This document shows, piece after piece, positions 52,927 through 63,615 of a stretch of 64,000 nucleotides of DNA. The notes under the pieces are model-generated. The model worked only from the letters and a program-made list of their open reading frames with translations, was not told the origin of the DNA and did no database searches. Within the stretch, counting starts at the first letter, position 1. Every line of letters starts with the position of its first letter. This stretch comes from Alphaproteobacteria bacterium. GTDB lineage: Bacteria; Pseudomonadota; Alphaproteobacteria; UBA8317. The stretch is taken from assembly GCA_038131935.1 (NCBI GenBank), contig JAYPQH010000030.1, positions 32,001 through 96,000 of the forward strand. The letters run 5' to 3'. The position numbers were made by a program, and so were the translations under genes.

Positions 52927-53415
52927 TTATACTTTTGTTGATGCTGCGTTGTGGGGCAATAAATGTAATTCAATGCCAATTTGTTCATACAAACTTCGTT
53001 TGAATGGGACGATGCAATCCAGCAACTCCTCATAATGGAACCATGACCAGGCTCTAAATTCTGGATGTTCGGTGGCAATGTTGATATCAGCGTCGCGGCC
53101 CAAATAGTCCAACAAAAACCATTTTTGCCTTTGACCACGATACCGACCCTTCCAAATGGTGGCTTGGAGGTCTTCAGGCAGGTCATAATCAAGCCACATA
53201 GATGTCACAGCCTTGATCTTAGCCTTGTCTGTCCCTATTTCTTCCAGCAATTCGCGAAAAATGGTTGTTGATGGGGCCTCTCCCTCATCAATTCCGCCTT
53301 GGGGCATCTGCCAGGCTGGTTCAGGATTATCAAGTCGCTGTGCAGCGAATACGCGGCCATCTTTATGACGCAATACTGCGCCTACACCAAGTCGATAGGG
53401 TTTTTGAAACAGCAT
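52927..53415 (-). CDS. rppH: RNA pyrophosphohydrolase
   Basis: YRLGVG, WQMPQGGIDEGE, RELLEEIG, GQRQKWF, PEF and VPFKR. Confidence 0.95.
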   Translation of the reverse strand: MLFQKPYRLGVGAVLRHKDGRVFAAQRLDNPEPAWQMPQGGIDEGEAPSTTIFRELLEEIGTDKAKIKAVTSMWLDYDLPEDLQATIWKGRYRGQRQKWFLLDYLGRDADINIATEHPEFRAWSWFHYEELLDCIVPFKRSLYEQIGIELHLLPHNAASTKV

Positions 53416-53557
53416 CTCGTCCTCTTTTTTTGTGGGTTTGAGATTTCCATAATGCCTATATGTTGCGATGTCATGTTGACCGAGGCAGGTCAAGAATATT
53501 TGAACATGTGCACCATGGTATGGCGTTGCTTAAAAAATAGAGATAAGTCGAACGATT

Positions 53558-54289
53558 ATGAGCATCATGATTATTATACCCGCCCGCATGGCATCAACGC
53601 GGCTTCCTGGAAAACCTTTGGCAGACATTGGTGGGAAGCCGATGATTGGTCATATGATTGATATTGCACAACGATCAGGTCTGGGGCCTGTCTTGGTGGC
53701 TGCCGGAGATCAAGCCATTGTAGATGCAGTGGCCGATGTACCCGTTATTTTAACGGATCCTGACTTGCCTTCAGGATCAGATCGGATTGAGCAAGCATTG
53801 CAGGCCTCTGGAGCGACACCAGAAATCGTGGTTAATCTGCAAGGTGATGTTCCTCTTCTTGACCCTGCTGCACTGCGTGATTGTGTGGAAATTTTACAAG
53901 TTTCTGATGCGGACATTGCAACCCTTGTTGTTGCCGTGCCACGCTTGGATATTGCCGATGATACATCCTCCGTTAAGGCCGTTGTTGATTGGAAAGACCA
54001 ACAATTGGGGAAAGCGTTGTATTTTTCTCGTGCGGCGGTACCTTTCGGTCAAGATCCTTTATATTATCATGTCGGTATCTACGCTTATAAGAGGCAATCC
54101 CTAGCAGAATTTGTTGCAGCCCCACCTCATCCTTTGGAAGAGATTGAAAAATTGGAGCAATTACGCGCTCTGGGGTTGGGTATGCATATTGCGGTAGGAC
54201 GCACCCAAGAAATTCCTCTTGGGGTGGACACGGCAGCTGATCTTGAGAAGGCCCGTCAAATAGTACAAAGGAAAACCCATGAGCCTTGA
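53558..54289 (+). CDS. kdsB: 3-deoxy-manno-octulosonate cytidylyltransferase
   Basis: IPARMASTRLPGKPL, SGSDR, NLQGD, LYFSR and EKLEQLRAL. Confidence 0.96.
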   Translation: MSIMIIIPARMASTRLPGKPLADIGGKPMIGHMIDIAQRSGLGPVLVAAGDQAIVDAVADVPVILTDPDLPSGSDRIEQALQASGATPEIVVNLQGDVPLLDPAALRDCVEILQVSDADIATLVVAVPRLDIADDTSSVKAVVDWKDQQLGKALYFSRAAVPFGQDPLYYHVGIYAYKRQSLAEFVAAPPHPLEEIEKLEQLRALGLGMHIAVGRTQEIPLGVDTAADLEKARQIVQRKTHEP

Positions 54290-55181
54290 TGAATATCTCT
54301 CTTTATCGCACCCCAAGTTACACGCCTTGGGCGGTAGCCCAGAGCAAACAATCGTTTTTCAAGGGGAGGCTGGTGCATACTCCCACTTGGCCTGTATCGA
54401 GGCTGCGCCTGATATGGTGCCTTTGGCTTGTGGAACATTTGAGGAGGCAATCGATAAGGTCCTTGATGGTGAGGCTTCTAGGGTTCTACTGCCAGTAGAA
54501 AATTCTATTTATGGTCGGGTTGCAGATATCCATCACCTTCTTCCCTCATCAGGTCTATTTATCGTGCAAGAGCATTTTATGCGGATACAGCATATGTTGT
54601 TAGGTTTGCCGCAAGCCAAGATGGCTGATGTGCTCACGGCAAAATCACATGCGATGGCATTGGGTCAATGTATGCGTAACCTCAAGACATTTGGTATCAA
54701 AGCTATTCAAGGTGCAGACACGGCTGGTTCTGCTCGGGAAATTGCAGAGCAAGGTGAACCTCATCAATCTGCCATTGCGTCCCAGCTGGCTGCGGCCATT
54801 TATGACCTTCAAATCCTCAAAGAAGGTATTGAAGATGAAGCCCATAATACCACAAGGTTTTTGGCCATGTCTGCACAACCTCGAGATGCGGAACCGCATG
54901 GCGATGTGATGACGACATTTGTCTTTCAGGTTCGGAATGTGCCCGCATCTTTGTACAAAGCATTGGGTGGTTTTGCCACCAATGGTGTGAATATGACAAA
55001 GCTGGAGAGCTATCAAATTGAAGGAAGCTTCCAAGCTACACAGTTTTATGCTGACATTGTCGGTCATCCAGAGGATGAACATGTGCGCCGTGCGCTGGAA
55101 GAACTGGAATTTTTCTCAAGAAAATTGACCATTTTGGGCGTGTATCCTCAGCATGAGTTTCGTAAGCTCATTACTTTGTGA
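54279..55181 (+). CDS. pheA: Prephenate dehydratase
   Basis: FQGEAGAYS, PVENS, NTTRF and NMTKLES. Confidence 0.95.
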   Translation: MSLDEYLSLSHPKLHALGGSPEQTIVFQGEAGAYSHLACIEAAPDMVPLACGTFEEAIDKVLDGEASRVLLPVENSIYGRVADIHHLLPSSGLFIVQEHFMRIQHMLLGLPQAKMADVLTAKSHAMALGQCMRNLKTFGIKAIQGADTAGSAREIAEQGEPHQSAIASQLAAAIYDLQILKEGIEDEAHNTTRFLAMSAQPRDAEPHGDVMTTFVFQVRNVPASLYKALGGFATNGVNMTKLESYQIEGSFQATQFYADIVGHPEDEHVRRALEELEFFSRKLTILGVYPQHEFRKLITL

Positions 55182-55268
55182 GCATATAAACCAGTTAGCA
55201 GGCGGAAAACTTCGCAAAAAACATCATCATGCTTGCGTGATGGGATTGAAAATCTTACATAGGAGTTT

Positions 55269-55362
55269 GGGAGGTTGGCGCGGACGGAATCCTCGCGAAC
55301 CCGGTCAGGTCCGGAAGGAAGCAGCCGTAACGAGTCTTTTTCGGGTCGTCGCCAATCTCCTT
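55269..55362 (+). ncRNA. ffs: Signal recognition particle 4.5S RNA
   Basis: Domain IV core CCGGTCAGGTCCGGAAGGAAGCAGCCG; terminal stem GGAGGTTGGCG/CGCCAATCTCC; typical position upstream of dnaX. Confidence 0.95.
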
Positions 55363-55590
55363 GATGATATCTTCCCACTGAAGAAGGTTCTATCTTTCTA
55401 GCGAGGACCTTGAGGCAAGCGATACTGCTCGTTTGGCGAATGAGACGCAAATGGTGCGGGTATATGCCTTGGGGATGGTGAGTGATCTTTGATGGTGGAT
55501 ATATCAAGATTGTTGGTGTGACATAGTTTTTTACTGTTTTTTTTGTTAAAAACAACTTCAACCGGTGTTTGTGGGGGATAAGACTGAGAA

Positions 55591-57227
55591 ATGCTTGAGC
55601 AAGTTACTGTGGCGCAGAAACAACTCGGCTACTTGGTATTGGCCCGAAAATATCGGCCTCAAAAATTTTCTGATTTGGTGGGGCAAGAAGCCCTTGTGCG
55701 TACCCTGCAGCACGCCTTTTCAAGCGGGAGAATTGCCCATGCATTCATGCTCACAGGTATCAGGGGGTAGGCAAAACCACCACCGCACGCATCATTGCGA
55801 AAGGACTGAATTGCGCATCGACCTCAGAGCCAACGATGGAGCCATGTGGCCAGTGCGGTCCATGCCTTGGAATTGCTCAAGGCCGGCATGTTGATGTTTT
55901 GGAAATGGATGCCGCATCACGAACGGGCATAGATGATATCCGTGAAATTCTTGATTCTGTTGCGTATAAACCTGTGGAAGCTCGCTACAAATTATACATC
56001 ATTGATGAGGTGCATATGCTGTCCAAAGCGGCGTTTAATGGGCTGCTGAAGACATTGGAAGAACCCCCACCTCATGTGAAGTTTCTTTTTGCAACCACGG
56101 AAATCAAAAAAGTCCCTGTTACGGTTTTGTCGCGTTGCCAGCGTTTTGATTTACGTCGCATAGAAGTCTCAGAAATCGCAAGTTACTTGGATCATGTTTG
56201 CCAAAAAGAGCAAGTTGATGCTGAGCCCCATGCGTTGAAGCGCCTCGCGCGGGCGTCAGAGGGGTCTATGCGAGATGCCCTGTCTATGTTGGATCAAGCT
56301 ATTGCCCATGATGGCGGTCAAAAGCTGACAGCTTCCGTCGTTGAGGCGATGCTCGGTTTGATGGATGAGGGGCGAAAGGTCGATCTTTTAGAGGATCTTC
56401 TATCTGGACGTATCGCGGAGGCTCTGCATCTGCATGATGAGTTGTTTCGTTCAGGTGCGGATCCTGTTTCCACCATCGCAGATTTGGCTGGTTTGGTGCA
56501 TGAGCTGACGCGTTTGAAAATTGATCAAGAATTTCCCATGGAGGAAAAATTTCCATCAGACATCGCAAAGAAGTTGTTGGATATTGCAGCAGCTATGGAT
56601 ATTGGCGTCTTGGTACGCCTATTTGACATGCTGGAAAAAGCATTCCAGCACATCCAATTATCGGAACAAAAGAAAGCAGCTCTTGATATGGCGCTGATCC
56701 GTATTGCCTACACTTCCGTTCAGCCAACCCCTGGCGACGTGGTGCGGATGATACAGGAAAACAAATCACAGGCCATTGATGCACAGCCAAAGACGAAACC
56801 GGAACCTCAAAACGAAACAGTATCAACCCAAAGTTTGCCGAATTTTGAGGCTATAATGGCTGCCCTAGATGACCAAAGAGAAGTCACACTTTCGCGTGAG
56901 GTCATGCGTTATCTCCGCATTGAACAATGCCGTGACGGTTATCTTGAGATGGGTTTGGCGGATGGTGCTCCCAAAGATATAGCCAACAGGTTAAAGCAGT
57001 TCTTGCATCGATATACAGGATCAAATTGGGTTGTTTCCGTTGTGCAATCGATCAAGCCAACAGAACAAGAACGACAAGAACATTTGAAAGAACAGTTGCG
57101 TCAACGGGTGGTGGAATCACCATTTGCGCGGATGCTCAGAGAACATTTCCCAGGCGCCCAATTGACAGACGTTAAAGAAATTCAACAGACACAAACCCCT
57201 CAAACCAGGAGAGCAGCCGATGTTTAA
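55591..57227 (+). CDS. dnaX: DNA polymerase III subunit gamma/tau; 1-nt deletion in the G-run near 55765
   Basis: YLVLARKYRP..F.DLVGQ, (G)KTTTARI, EMDAAS, IIDEVHMLS and SRCQRF. Confidence 0.95.
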
Positions 57228-57552
57228 AGGTCTAGGCAATATGGCCGGCATGATGAAACAAATGCAAGAAATGCAGTCTAAAATGGCGGAGGTGCAAGAC
57301 CGTTTGGACGACATAGAAGTCATTGGAAGTGCCGCAGCAGGTTTGGTGCAAATCACAGCAACAGCCAAAGGAGAAGTAAAGCAATGTCGTATTGACCCCT
57401 CACTGTTGGCAGATGGGGATATATCTATCATCGAAGATTTGGTTGTTGCTGCGGTGAATGACGTTCGAGAAAAAGCTGCGTCCAAAACCCAAGAGGAAAT
57501 GGCAGAATTAACCAAAGGCTTGCCATTACCTCCTGGCTTTAACCTCGGATGA
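57220..57552 (+). CDS. ybaB: YbaB/EbfC nucleoid-associated protein
   Basis: MMKQMQEMQSKM, IDPSLL and EDLVVAAVND; lies between dnaX and recR. Confidence 0.93.
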   Translation: MFKGLGNMAGMMKQMQEMQSKMAEVQDRLDDIEVIGSAAAGLVQITATAKGEVKQCRIDPSLLADGDISIIEDLVVAAVNDVREKAASKTQEEMAELTKGLPLPPGFNLG

Positions 57553-57574
57553 AGTTAGCCATAGGTCAAAGATC

Positions 57575-58180
57575 ATGAATGACACGTTTCAGGTGGCTTC
57601 AGAGCTAGAGCGGCTGATCAAATTGCTGGCAAAACTACCTGGTTTAGGACCACGATCTTCCCGGCGCATGGCCCTTCAAATGTTAACCCAACGTGAGCTG
57701 CTGCTAGAGCCTATCAGAGAAGCATTGGCTGCAGTGGCAGATCAGGTGGGTGAGTGTCAGCATTGTGGCAATCTTGACACGCGACAACCATGTACCATTT
57801 GCGCCAATCCACGTCGCAATTCAAAAGAGTTATGTCTTGTGGAAGCCGTTGGCGATTTGTGGGCTATGGAGCGCAGTGGTGCGTTTCAGGGGCGCTATCT
57901 GGTATTAGGTGGCTTGATGTCTGCTTTGGAGGGTGTTGGCCCTGAACAGTTGCGCTTGCACCGGTTGGAAAATGCAATTGGTGAAGGTGCACAGGAAATC
58001 ATCATGGCATTACCTGCGACGATGGAAGGGCAGGCCACGGCTCATTATATTGCTGAGATGGTGCGACCACATCAAGTCCATATCAGCAGTTTGGCAAGGG
58101 GGATTCCATTGGGTGGTGAGTTGGACTATCTCGATGATGGAACGTTAAAATTGGCTTTTGGTACGCGACAACGGATATAA
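57575..58180 (+). CDS. recR: Recombination mediator RecR
   Basis: LPGLGPRS, C4 zinc finger, EGQATA and G.PLGGELDYLD. Confidence 0.96.
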   Translation: MNDTFQVASELERLIKLLAKLPGLGPRSSRRMALQMLTQRELLLEPIREALAAVADQVGECQHCGNLDTRQPCTICANPRRNSKELCLVEAVGDLWAMERSGAFQGRYLVLGGLMSALEGVGPEQLRLHRLENAIGEGAQEIIMALPATMEGQATAHYIAEMVRPHQVHISSLARGIPLGGELDYLDDGTLKLAFGTRQRI

Positions 58181-58219
58181 AGGCGCGTGAGAAGCCTGAA
58201 TTGTTAAAAGGAATTTGTG

Positions 58220-58738
58220 ATGGCTATCCTTGAGATATTAACCGCACCTGATCCACGGCTTGAAGAAGTTTGCAAACCGGTCGAGGCTGTTGATGCATCT
58301 ATACGTCAACTGATGGATGATATGTTGGAGACCATGTATGACGCGCCAGGAATTGGCTTGGCAGCTATCCAGGTGGGTGTGCATAAGCGGGTGATTGTTG
58401 TGGATGTGGCAAAAGATGGTGAGGAACCTAACCCTATTCGCATGGCCAACCCGGAAATCATAGACGAAGATGAAGAGCTCTCCGTTTATCAAGAAGGTTG
58501 TTTGTCTGTGCCGGACATCTTTGAAGATGTCACCAGACCCAAGCGTTGCGTTGTGCGTTACCTAGATGAGCACAATCAGCCCAATGAATTGGCCATGGAC
58601 GGCTTGCTTGCAACCTGCGTGCAGCATGAAATTGATCATTTGAATGGTATCTTGTTTATCGATCATCTCTCACGTTTAAAAAAGACGATGGCGATAAAAA
58701 AACTTGTAAAACGGCGCAAGCTGAAGGCAGCATCATAA
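58220..58738 (+). CDS. def: Peptide deformylase
   Basis: GIGLAAIQVG, EGCLS and QHEIDHLNG. Confidence 0.97.
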   Translation: MAILEILTAPDPRLEEVCKPVEAVDASIRQLMDDMLETMYDAPGIGLAAIQVGVHKRVIVVDVAKDGEEPNPIRMANPEIIDEDEELSVYQEGCLSVPDIFEDVTRPKRCVVRYLDEHNQPNELAMDGLLATCVQHEIDHLNGILFIDHLSRLKKTMAIKKLVKRRKLKAAS

Positions 58739-58742
58739 ATCC

Positions 58743-59675
58743 ATGGCGCGTATATTTTTTATGGGCACCCCAGAATTTGCCCAGCATAGTTTGGAAGCAC
58801 TTGTTGCATCCCCACATGAAGTGGTGGCGGTGGCAAGCCAACCCCCACGGCGTTCTGGTCGAGGCATGAAGGAACGTTTAAGCCCCGTTCATGAATATGC
58901 ATGCCAACATGATATTCCCGTGATAACACCCCTTAGGCTGCGTGATCCTGTTGTGCAGCAGGAAATGGCATCATTTGATGCAGATTTGGCCATTGTCGCT
59001 GCATATGGATTGCTTTTGCCTAGCGCTGTGTTGGGTATGTTCCCATTGGGATGTATGAATTTGCATGCGTCTTTATTGCCTCGTTGGCGTGGTGCTGCCC
59101 CCATTCAGAGGGCGATCATGGCAGGTGATGATGAGACCGGGATTTGCTTTATGCGCATGACAGAAGGCCTTGATGAAGGTCCTGTCCATGACCGCGTACA
59201 TTGCACCATCCATGAAAACGATACCTTCATGGATGTACATGATCGATTGACACAATTGGCATCAGTCCATGTGGTTTCATGGGTCGATGACTTGGTTGCA
59301 GGTGTATCTCAGCCTGTTGAGCAAACACATGAAAAGGCTGTTTATGCATCCAAAATCACCAAGGCAGAGGCGGAATTATCCTTTGCTCAATCAAGCCAAA
59401 TTATTGCCCGCAAGATAAATGCTTTGTCACCCTTTCCTGGTGCTTTTGTTATGCTGGATGGTCAAAGAATTAAATTTCTCCGTGCCCAAGCATGTGATCA
59501 AGATATCCAAAAGCCTCAGGGATCTATTCTAGACGTCAATGATCAAGGCGTTGATATAGCATGCGCACAAGGCGTTGTCCGCATAACAAGACTGCAACGT
59601 GCCGGCAAAGGCCCCCAGGATGTGGCTGAATTTTTGCGCGGCTTTTCTTTTCCCCAAGATGGAATTTTAGGCTGA
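58743..59675 (+). CDS. fmt: Methionyl-tRNA formyltransferase
   Basis: FMGTPEFA, VAAYG, NLHASLLPRWRGAAPIQR and GLDEG. Confidence 0.97.
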   Translation: MARIFFMGTPEFAQHSLEALVASPHEVVAVASQPPRRSGRGMKERLSPVHEYACQHDIPVITPLRLRDPVVQQEMASFDADLAIVAAYGLLLPSAVLGMFPLGCMNLHASLLPRWRGAAPIQRAIMAGDDETGICFMRMTEGLDEGPVHDRVHCTIHENDTFMDVHDRLTQLASVHVVSWVDDLVAGVSQPVEQTHEKAVYASKITKAEAELSFAQSSQIIARKINALSPFPGAFVMLDGQRIKFLRAQACDQDIQKPQGSILDVNDQGVDIACAQGVVRITRLQRAGKGPQDVAEFLRGFSFPQDGILG

Positions 59676-60457
59676 TGCCACGTTACTTCTTGTTGATTGA
59701 GTATCATGGTGGTGCATTTTCTGGGTGGCAGCGTCAGCATGATCAGCCATCAGTGCAAGCGGTTATTGAAGATGCCTGTGCGCAATTGGGAGAACGTGAT
59801 GTTTTGGTCTATGGCGCAGGGCGCACAGATGCGGGTGTTCATGCCCGTGGAATGGTGGCGCATGTGGATATGCAACGTGAATGGCCCGAGCGTAAGCTGC
59901 CGCTGGCGCTGAATGCGCATATTGCAAGATCTGATGTGGCTATTTTGAAAACGTTCAGGGTAGGAGACGATCATCATGCAAGGTTTGATGCCGTGGCAAG
60001 AACCTATGAGTTTCGGTTTCTTGATCATGCTGTCCGTTCACCTTTGCGCCATGGTCAAGTTTGGTACCGGAACAAAATATTGCAAGCTGATGTGATGCAT
60101 CATGCGGCCCAATGTTTGATCGGTCGACATGATTTGACAACATTTCGTTCGACGCAGTGTCAGGCAAAGTCACCGATTAGGACCATTACAAAAGTGGATA
60201 TTACACGCCAGGCCGATGAAGTTTTGATGACTGTGACGGCACCATCTTTTTTACATAATCAAATACGCTCCCTAGCCGGAAGTTTAGATTTGGTGGGTCA
60301 AGGGAAATGGTCAGCTGAGAATTTTGCTGATGCATTGAAGGCTTGTGATCGTTCAGCCTGTGGGCCCGTGGCTCCAGCTGAAGGTCTTTGTCTCACGGAG
60401 ATACAATATGCCGCAGACATTCAACGTATAATAGATCAAGAGTCCAGCGTAATTTAG
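59675..60457 (+). CDS. truA: tRNA pseudouridine(38-40) synthase
   Basis: GWQRQ, AGRTDAGVHA, HARFDA and SFLHNQIR. Confidence 0.96.
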   Translation: MPRYFLLIEYHGGAFSGWQRQHDQPSVQAVIEDACAQLGERDVLVYGAGRTDAGVHARGMVAHVDMQREWPERKLPLALNAHIARSDVAILKTFRVGDDHHARFDAVARTYEFRFLDHAVRSPLRHGQVWYRNKILQADVMHHAAQCLIGRHDLTTFRSTQCQAKSPIRTITKVDITRQADEVLMTVTAPSFLHNQIRSLAGSLDLVGQGKWSAENFADALKACDRSACGPVAPAEGLCLTEIQYAADIQRIIDQESSVI

Positions 60458-60561
60458 GTAACTTGGTCAAAAAAACATTTTGGTTTGGGGCTGTTTTGTT
60501 TGATCAAATGCCATAGTTCTGGTGAAATACAGACTTGAGTAGAGTCTTGAAAGGACGAAAC

Positions 60562-61847
60562 ATGAGGTTTGCTCTTCTGACAGGTGCCGTGGTTGGGGCT
60601 ATGATTGGCCTTGCGATAGAGGTTGTCGATTCGTCTCGACCTCGCGTCGAGGCTGCCGATGTTGAGACATATAAGCAGTTGAATTTGTTTGGGGAGATAT
60701 TTGATCGCGTCAAAGAAAATTACGTCTCTGAAACATCAGACAAAGAGCTGATCAACGCGGCTATCAATGGAATGCTTTCCAAGTTAGACCCACACTCAGC
60801 CTTTCTTGATGCCGAAAGTTTTAAAGCCATGCGTATCCAAACCAAGGGAGAGTTTGGAGGGTTGGGCATTGAAGTCGGAATGGAGAATGGTTTGGTAAAA
60901 GTCATTTCACCTATCGATGATACACCGCTGCGCGTGCAGGTATGAAGTCTGGTGATCTTATTGTAAAATTAGATGATGCAGAGGTGATGGGGCTTACGTT
61001 ACGTGAAGCCGTCGATTTGATGCGTGGTGAAGTGGGCAGGTCCATTCGCTTGTCGGTCAAACGTCCTGGTGTCGAGGATCTGTTGGAGATTACCATTGTA
61101 CGCGATGTGATACGTCTTAGACCCGTACGCCACCGGGTTGAAGATGATATTGGGTATGTCAGGGTCGTGACCTTTAACGAACATACGACCGAAGAGTTAG
61201 AAAAAGCGACGGCAGATTTGATTGAAAAGATAGGTTTATCAAACCTGAAGGGCTTTGTGTTGGATTTGCGTAACAATCCTGGAGGGTTGCTCAACCAAGC
61301 GGTGCAAGTAAGTGACGCTTTCCTAGAGCGTGGAGATATTGTTTCGACCCGCGGAAGAGAGAAGGATTCAGAAGTCCGCTACGCGGCCCGTCGCGGAGAT
61401 ATTTCTCAAGGAAAGCCCCTTGTGGTGTTGGTCAATGGCGGAAGTGCATCTGCTTCAGAAATCGTCGCGGGTGCGCTTCAGGATCATGGACGGGCGCTGA
61501 TTTTGGGGACAAAAACATTTGGGAAAGGCTCTGTGCAAACCATCATTCCGGTGGGGCCTCAAGGTGCGCTAAAGCTCACAACAGGGTTGTATTACACCCC
61601 ATCTGGTCGTTCCATCCAGGCCGCTGGTATCATTCCTGATCTTGAGATTGAACAAGGACGCTTGGAAACCAATGATAATGGGCAAAAACCGCGCAAAGAA
61701 GCAGATTTGCGTGGACGTTTGGACAACCCTGATGGTGACGCAGGCCAACCAGTTCAACCGAAAGATGATCAAGTGCTGGAAGAAAAAAGTGATTACCAGT
61801 TAACTTATGCGTTGAACCTGTTGCGTGGTTTGTCCAAGCTTAAATGA
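60562..61847 (+). CDS. ctpA: S41 carboxy-terminal processing protease; 1-nt deletion near 60925
   Basis: LDPHS, GEFGGLGIEV, LDLRNNPGGLL, SASASEIVAGALQD and GKGSVQT. Confidence 0.94.
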
Positions 61848-61849
61848 AG

Positions 61850-62452
61850 CTAGGACGCAGGTGGGGGGCCAGGAGGTTGAGGCAAATCTCCTAATCCTCC
61901 ACTGAGAACGATGGCAACATACGTGCTGAGCATATCAATGGCGACGATGGCCGTTGCACTCCATCCCCCAATACTCAGAAGTGATTTTGCAATTCGCCAG
62001 CGATAGATCATCAAATAAACACCCACAACCATAAGAATAATTTGGGCCCCGATCGCTCCGGTCGCACTACTTGCGAGCAAAAAAATAGGAAGAATGCTGA
62101 TAGCTTCAATAACAACATTTGACCAATTCCAACCCACAAGAAAGCTAAGGACGTGATTTTTACGATCAATCAATACCGCTAAAGGGATCATAATGATGGG
62201 AAAAGTGACCCAACGAAGAATGTAATACCATATGTCAAACTTCATGAGGTTGGCGTTGGAACCATCAGGCGTGGTAAATTCAAGGGTAGAAAGCATAAGG
62301 TGAAGGGGAAGAACAATAAGCGGGGCCAAAAAAGAGACAGCGACCCCATGAAGGCTTAAGTCAAAAGCGTCTTTTGCATTCGGTTTGTTTGCCAAAAAAC
62401 CAATGGCTCCGCGCAAACCTGCTTGTATAGATGCCCCTATTGCTTGCATCAC
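61850..62452 (-). CDS. Hypothetical membrane protein
   Basis: About 5 TM segments with FDLS..G...SF and NWS motifs; coupled to dapE by an ATGA-type overlap. Confidence 0.75.
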   Translation of the reverse strand: MMQAIGASIQAGLRGAIGFLANKPNAKDAFDLSLHGVAVSFLAPLIVLPLHLMLSTLEFTTPDGSNANLMKFDIWYYILRWVTFPIIMIPLAVLIDRKNHVLSFLVGWNWSNVVIEAISILPIFLLASSATGAIGAQIILMVVGVYLMIYRWRIAKSLLSIGGWSATAIVAIDMLSTYVAIVLSGGLGDLPQPPGPPPAS

Positions 62453-63615
62453 AGACCATAAAAACGCTGTAAAAATTTCAGGTAGACTTGGTGTAGCGTT
62501 TCCAAGTCAGCCATCATTACCCGTTCATCAATTTGGTGCATGGTCGCGCCAATAACACCATATTCCATGACCGGACAAATCTCTTTGATGAAGCGACCAT
62601 CTGAGGTGCCTCCAGTTGTTGAGAGCTCGGGACGACGTCCTGTTACGGCTTCAATAACGTCTTGGAGGCTGTGGGCATGGGTTGTGTCATCCATGACGAA
62701 ACTTGTTCCCGAGCAGCTCCATTCAAATGTAACCTGATCTGAGCAACCTGATTGATGAATGAGGTCACGGATATGGGCTTCCAAGGCCCATTCATCATGC
62801 GCATCGTTAAACCGAATATTAAACCTTGCACTTGCTTGGGCTGGGATAATGTTGGTGACGGCATTGCCGACATCTATGCTTGTGATTTCCAAATTGCTGG
62901 GTTGGAAATGTTCTGTTCCATCGTCCAAATGCCAATTTTTGAGTTTGTGCAGAATGTCGAGTAGTTTGGGAACGGGATTGTCGGCGCGATGAGGGTAGGC
63001 GACATGCCCTTGGGTTCCTTCAACATGAATAACACCATTAAACGAGCCGCGTCTGCCTACTTTGATCATATCGCCCATATGTGATGGGTTGGTAGGCTCT
63101 CCAATCAGGCATAAGTCAGGTATCATGTTATGTTCACGTAACCATTCTACCTGCCGGCGGGTTCCATTGATCGCTGCACCTTCTTCATCTCCGGTGATGA
63201 TGAGAGACATCTGAACATCTGGATACTGGGTAACAAAGCGCTCGGCAGCAACCACAAATGCCGCAATTGCCCCCTTCATATCTGAGACCCCACGACCGAC
63301 AATCATGCCGTCATCAATATGCATTTGGAATGGATCTGATCGCCACTCATCAAGGGGGCCTGGAGGAACCACATCCGTATGACCAGCAAAAGCCAGATGC
63401 GGTCCTTGCTCACCCCGATGTGCAATCAAATTCATGACCCGCTCTTCTCCCTCGCCAAATGGTAGAAGATGCGTTTGAAACCCACTCTGTTCCAGCCTGT
63501 TGGCCAAAAATGCCAACAGTCCCTCATCTTTTGGGGCCACTGATGGATAGCTAACCAATTCTGCTGTGAGGGCTATCACGGGAGAGAGATGTTGGTCCGT
63601 CATTTGTTTACTCAA
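62449..63615 (-). CDS. dapE: Succinyl-diaminopimelate desuccinylase
   Basis: [40 protein letters not shown] and [11 protein letters not shown]. Confidence 0.96.
   Translation of the reverse strand: MSKQMTDQHLSPVIALTAELVSYPSVAPKDEGLLAFLANRLEQSGFQTHLLPFGEGEERVMNLIAHRGEQGPHLAFAGHTDVVPPGPLDEWRSDPFQMHIDDGMIVGRGVSDMKGAIAAFVVAAERFVTQYPDVQMSLIITGDEEGAAINGTRRQVEWLREHNMIPDLCLIGEPTNPSHMGDMIKVGRRGSFNGVIHVEGTQGHVAYPHRADNPVPKLLDILHKLKNWHLDDGTEHFQPSNLEITSIDVGNAVTNIIPAQASARFNIRFNDAHDEWALEAHIRDLIHQSGCSDQVTFEWSCSGTSFVMDDTTHAHSLQDVIEAVTGRRPELSTTGGTSDGRFIKEICPVMEYGVIGATMHQIDERVMMADLETLHQVYLKFLQRFYGL

Noticed and set aside
55755-55775. Programmed ribosomal frameshift in dnaX
   Set aside because: The known gamma/tau frameshift lies far downstream at an A-rich slippery site. 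This break is a G-run deletion inside the Walker A motif and matches the window-wide indel pattern.
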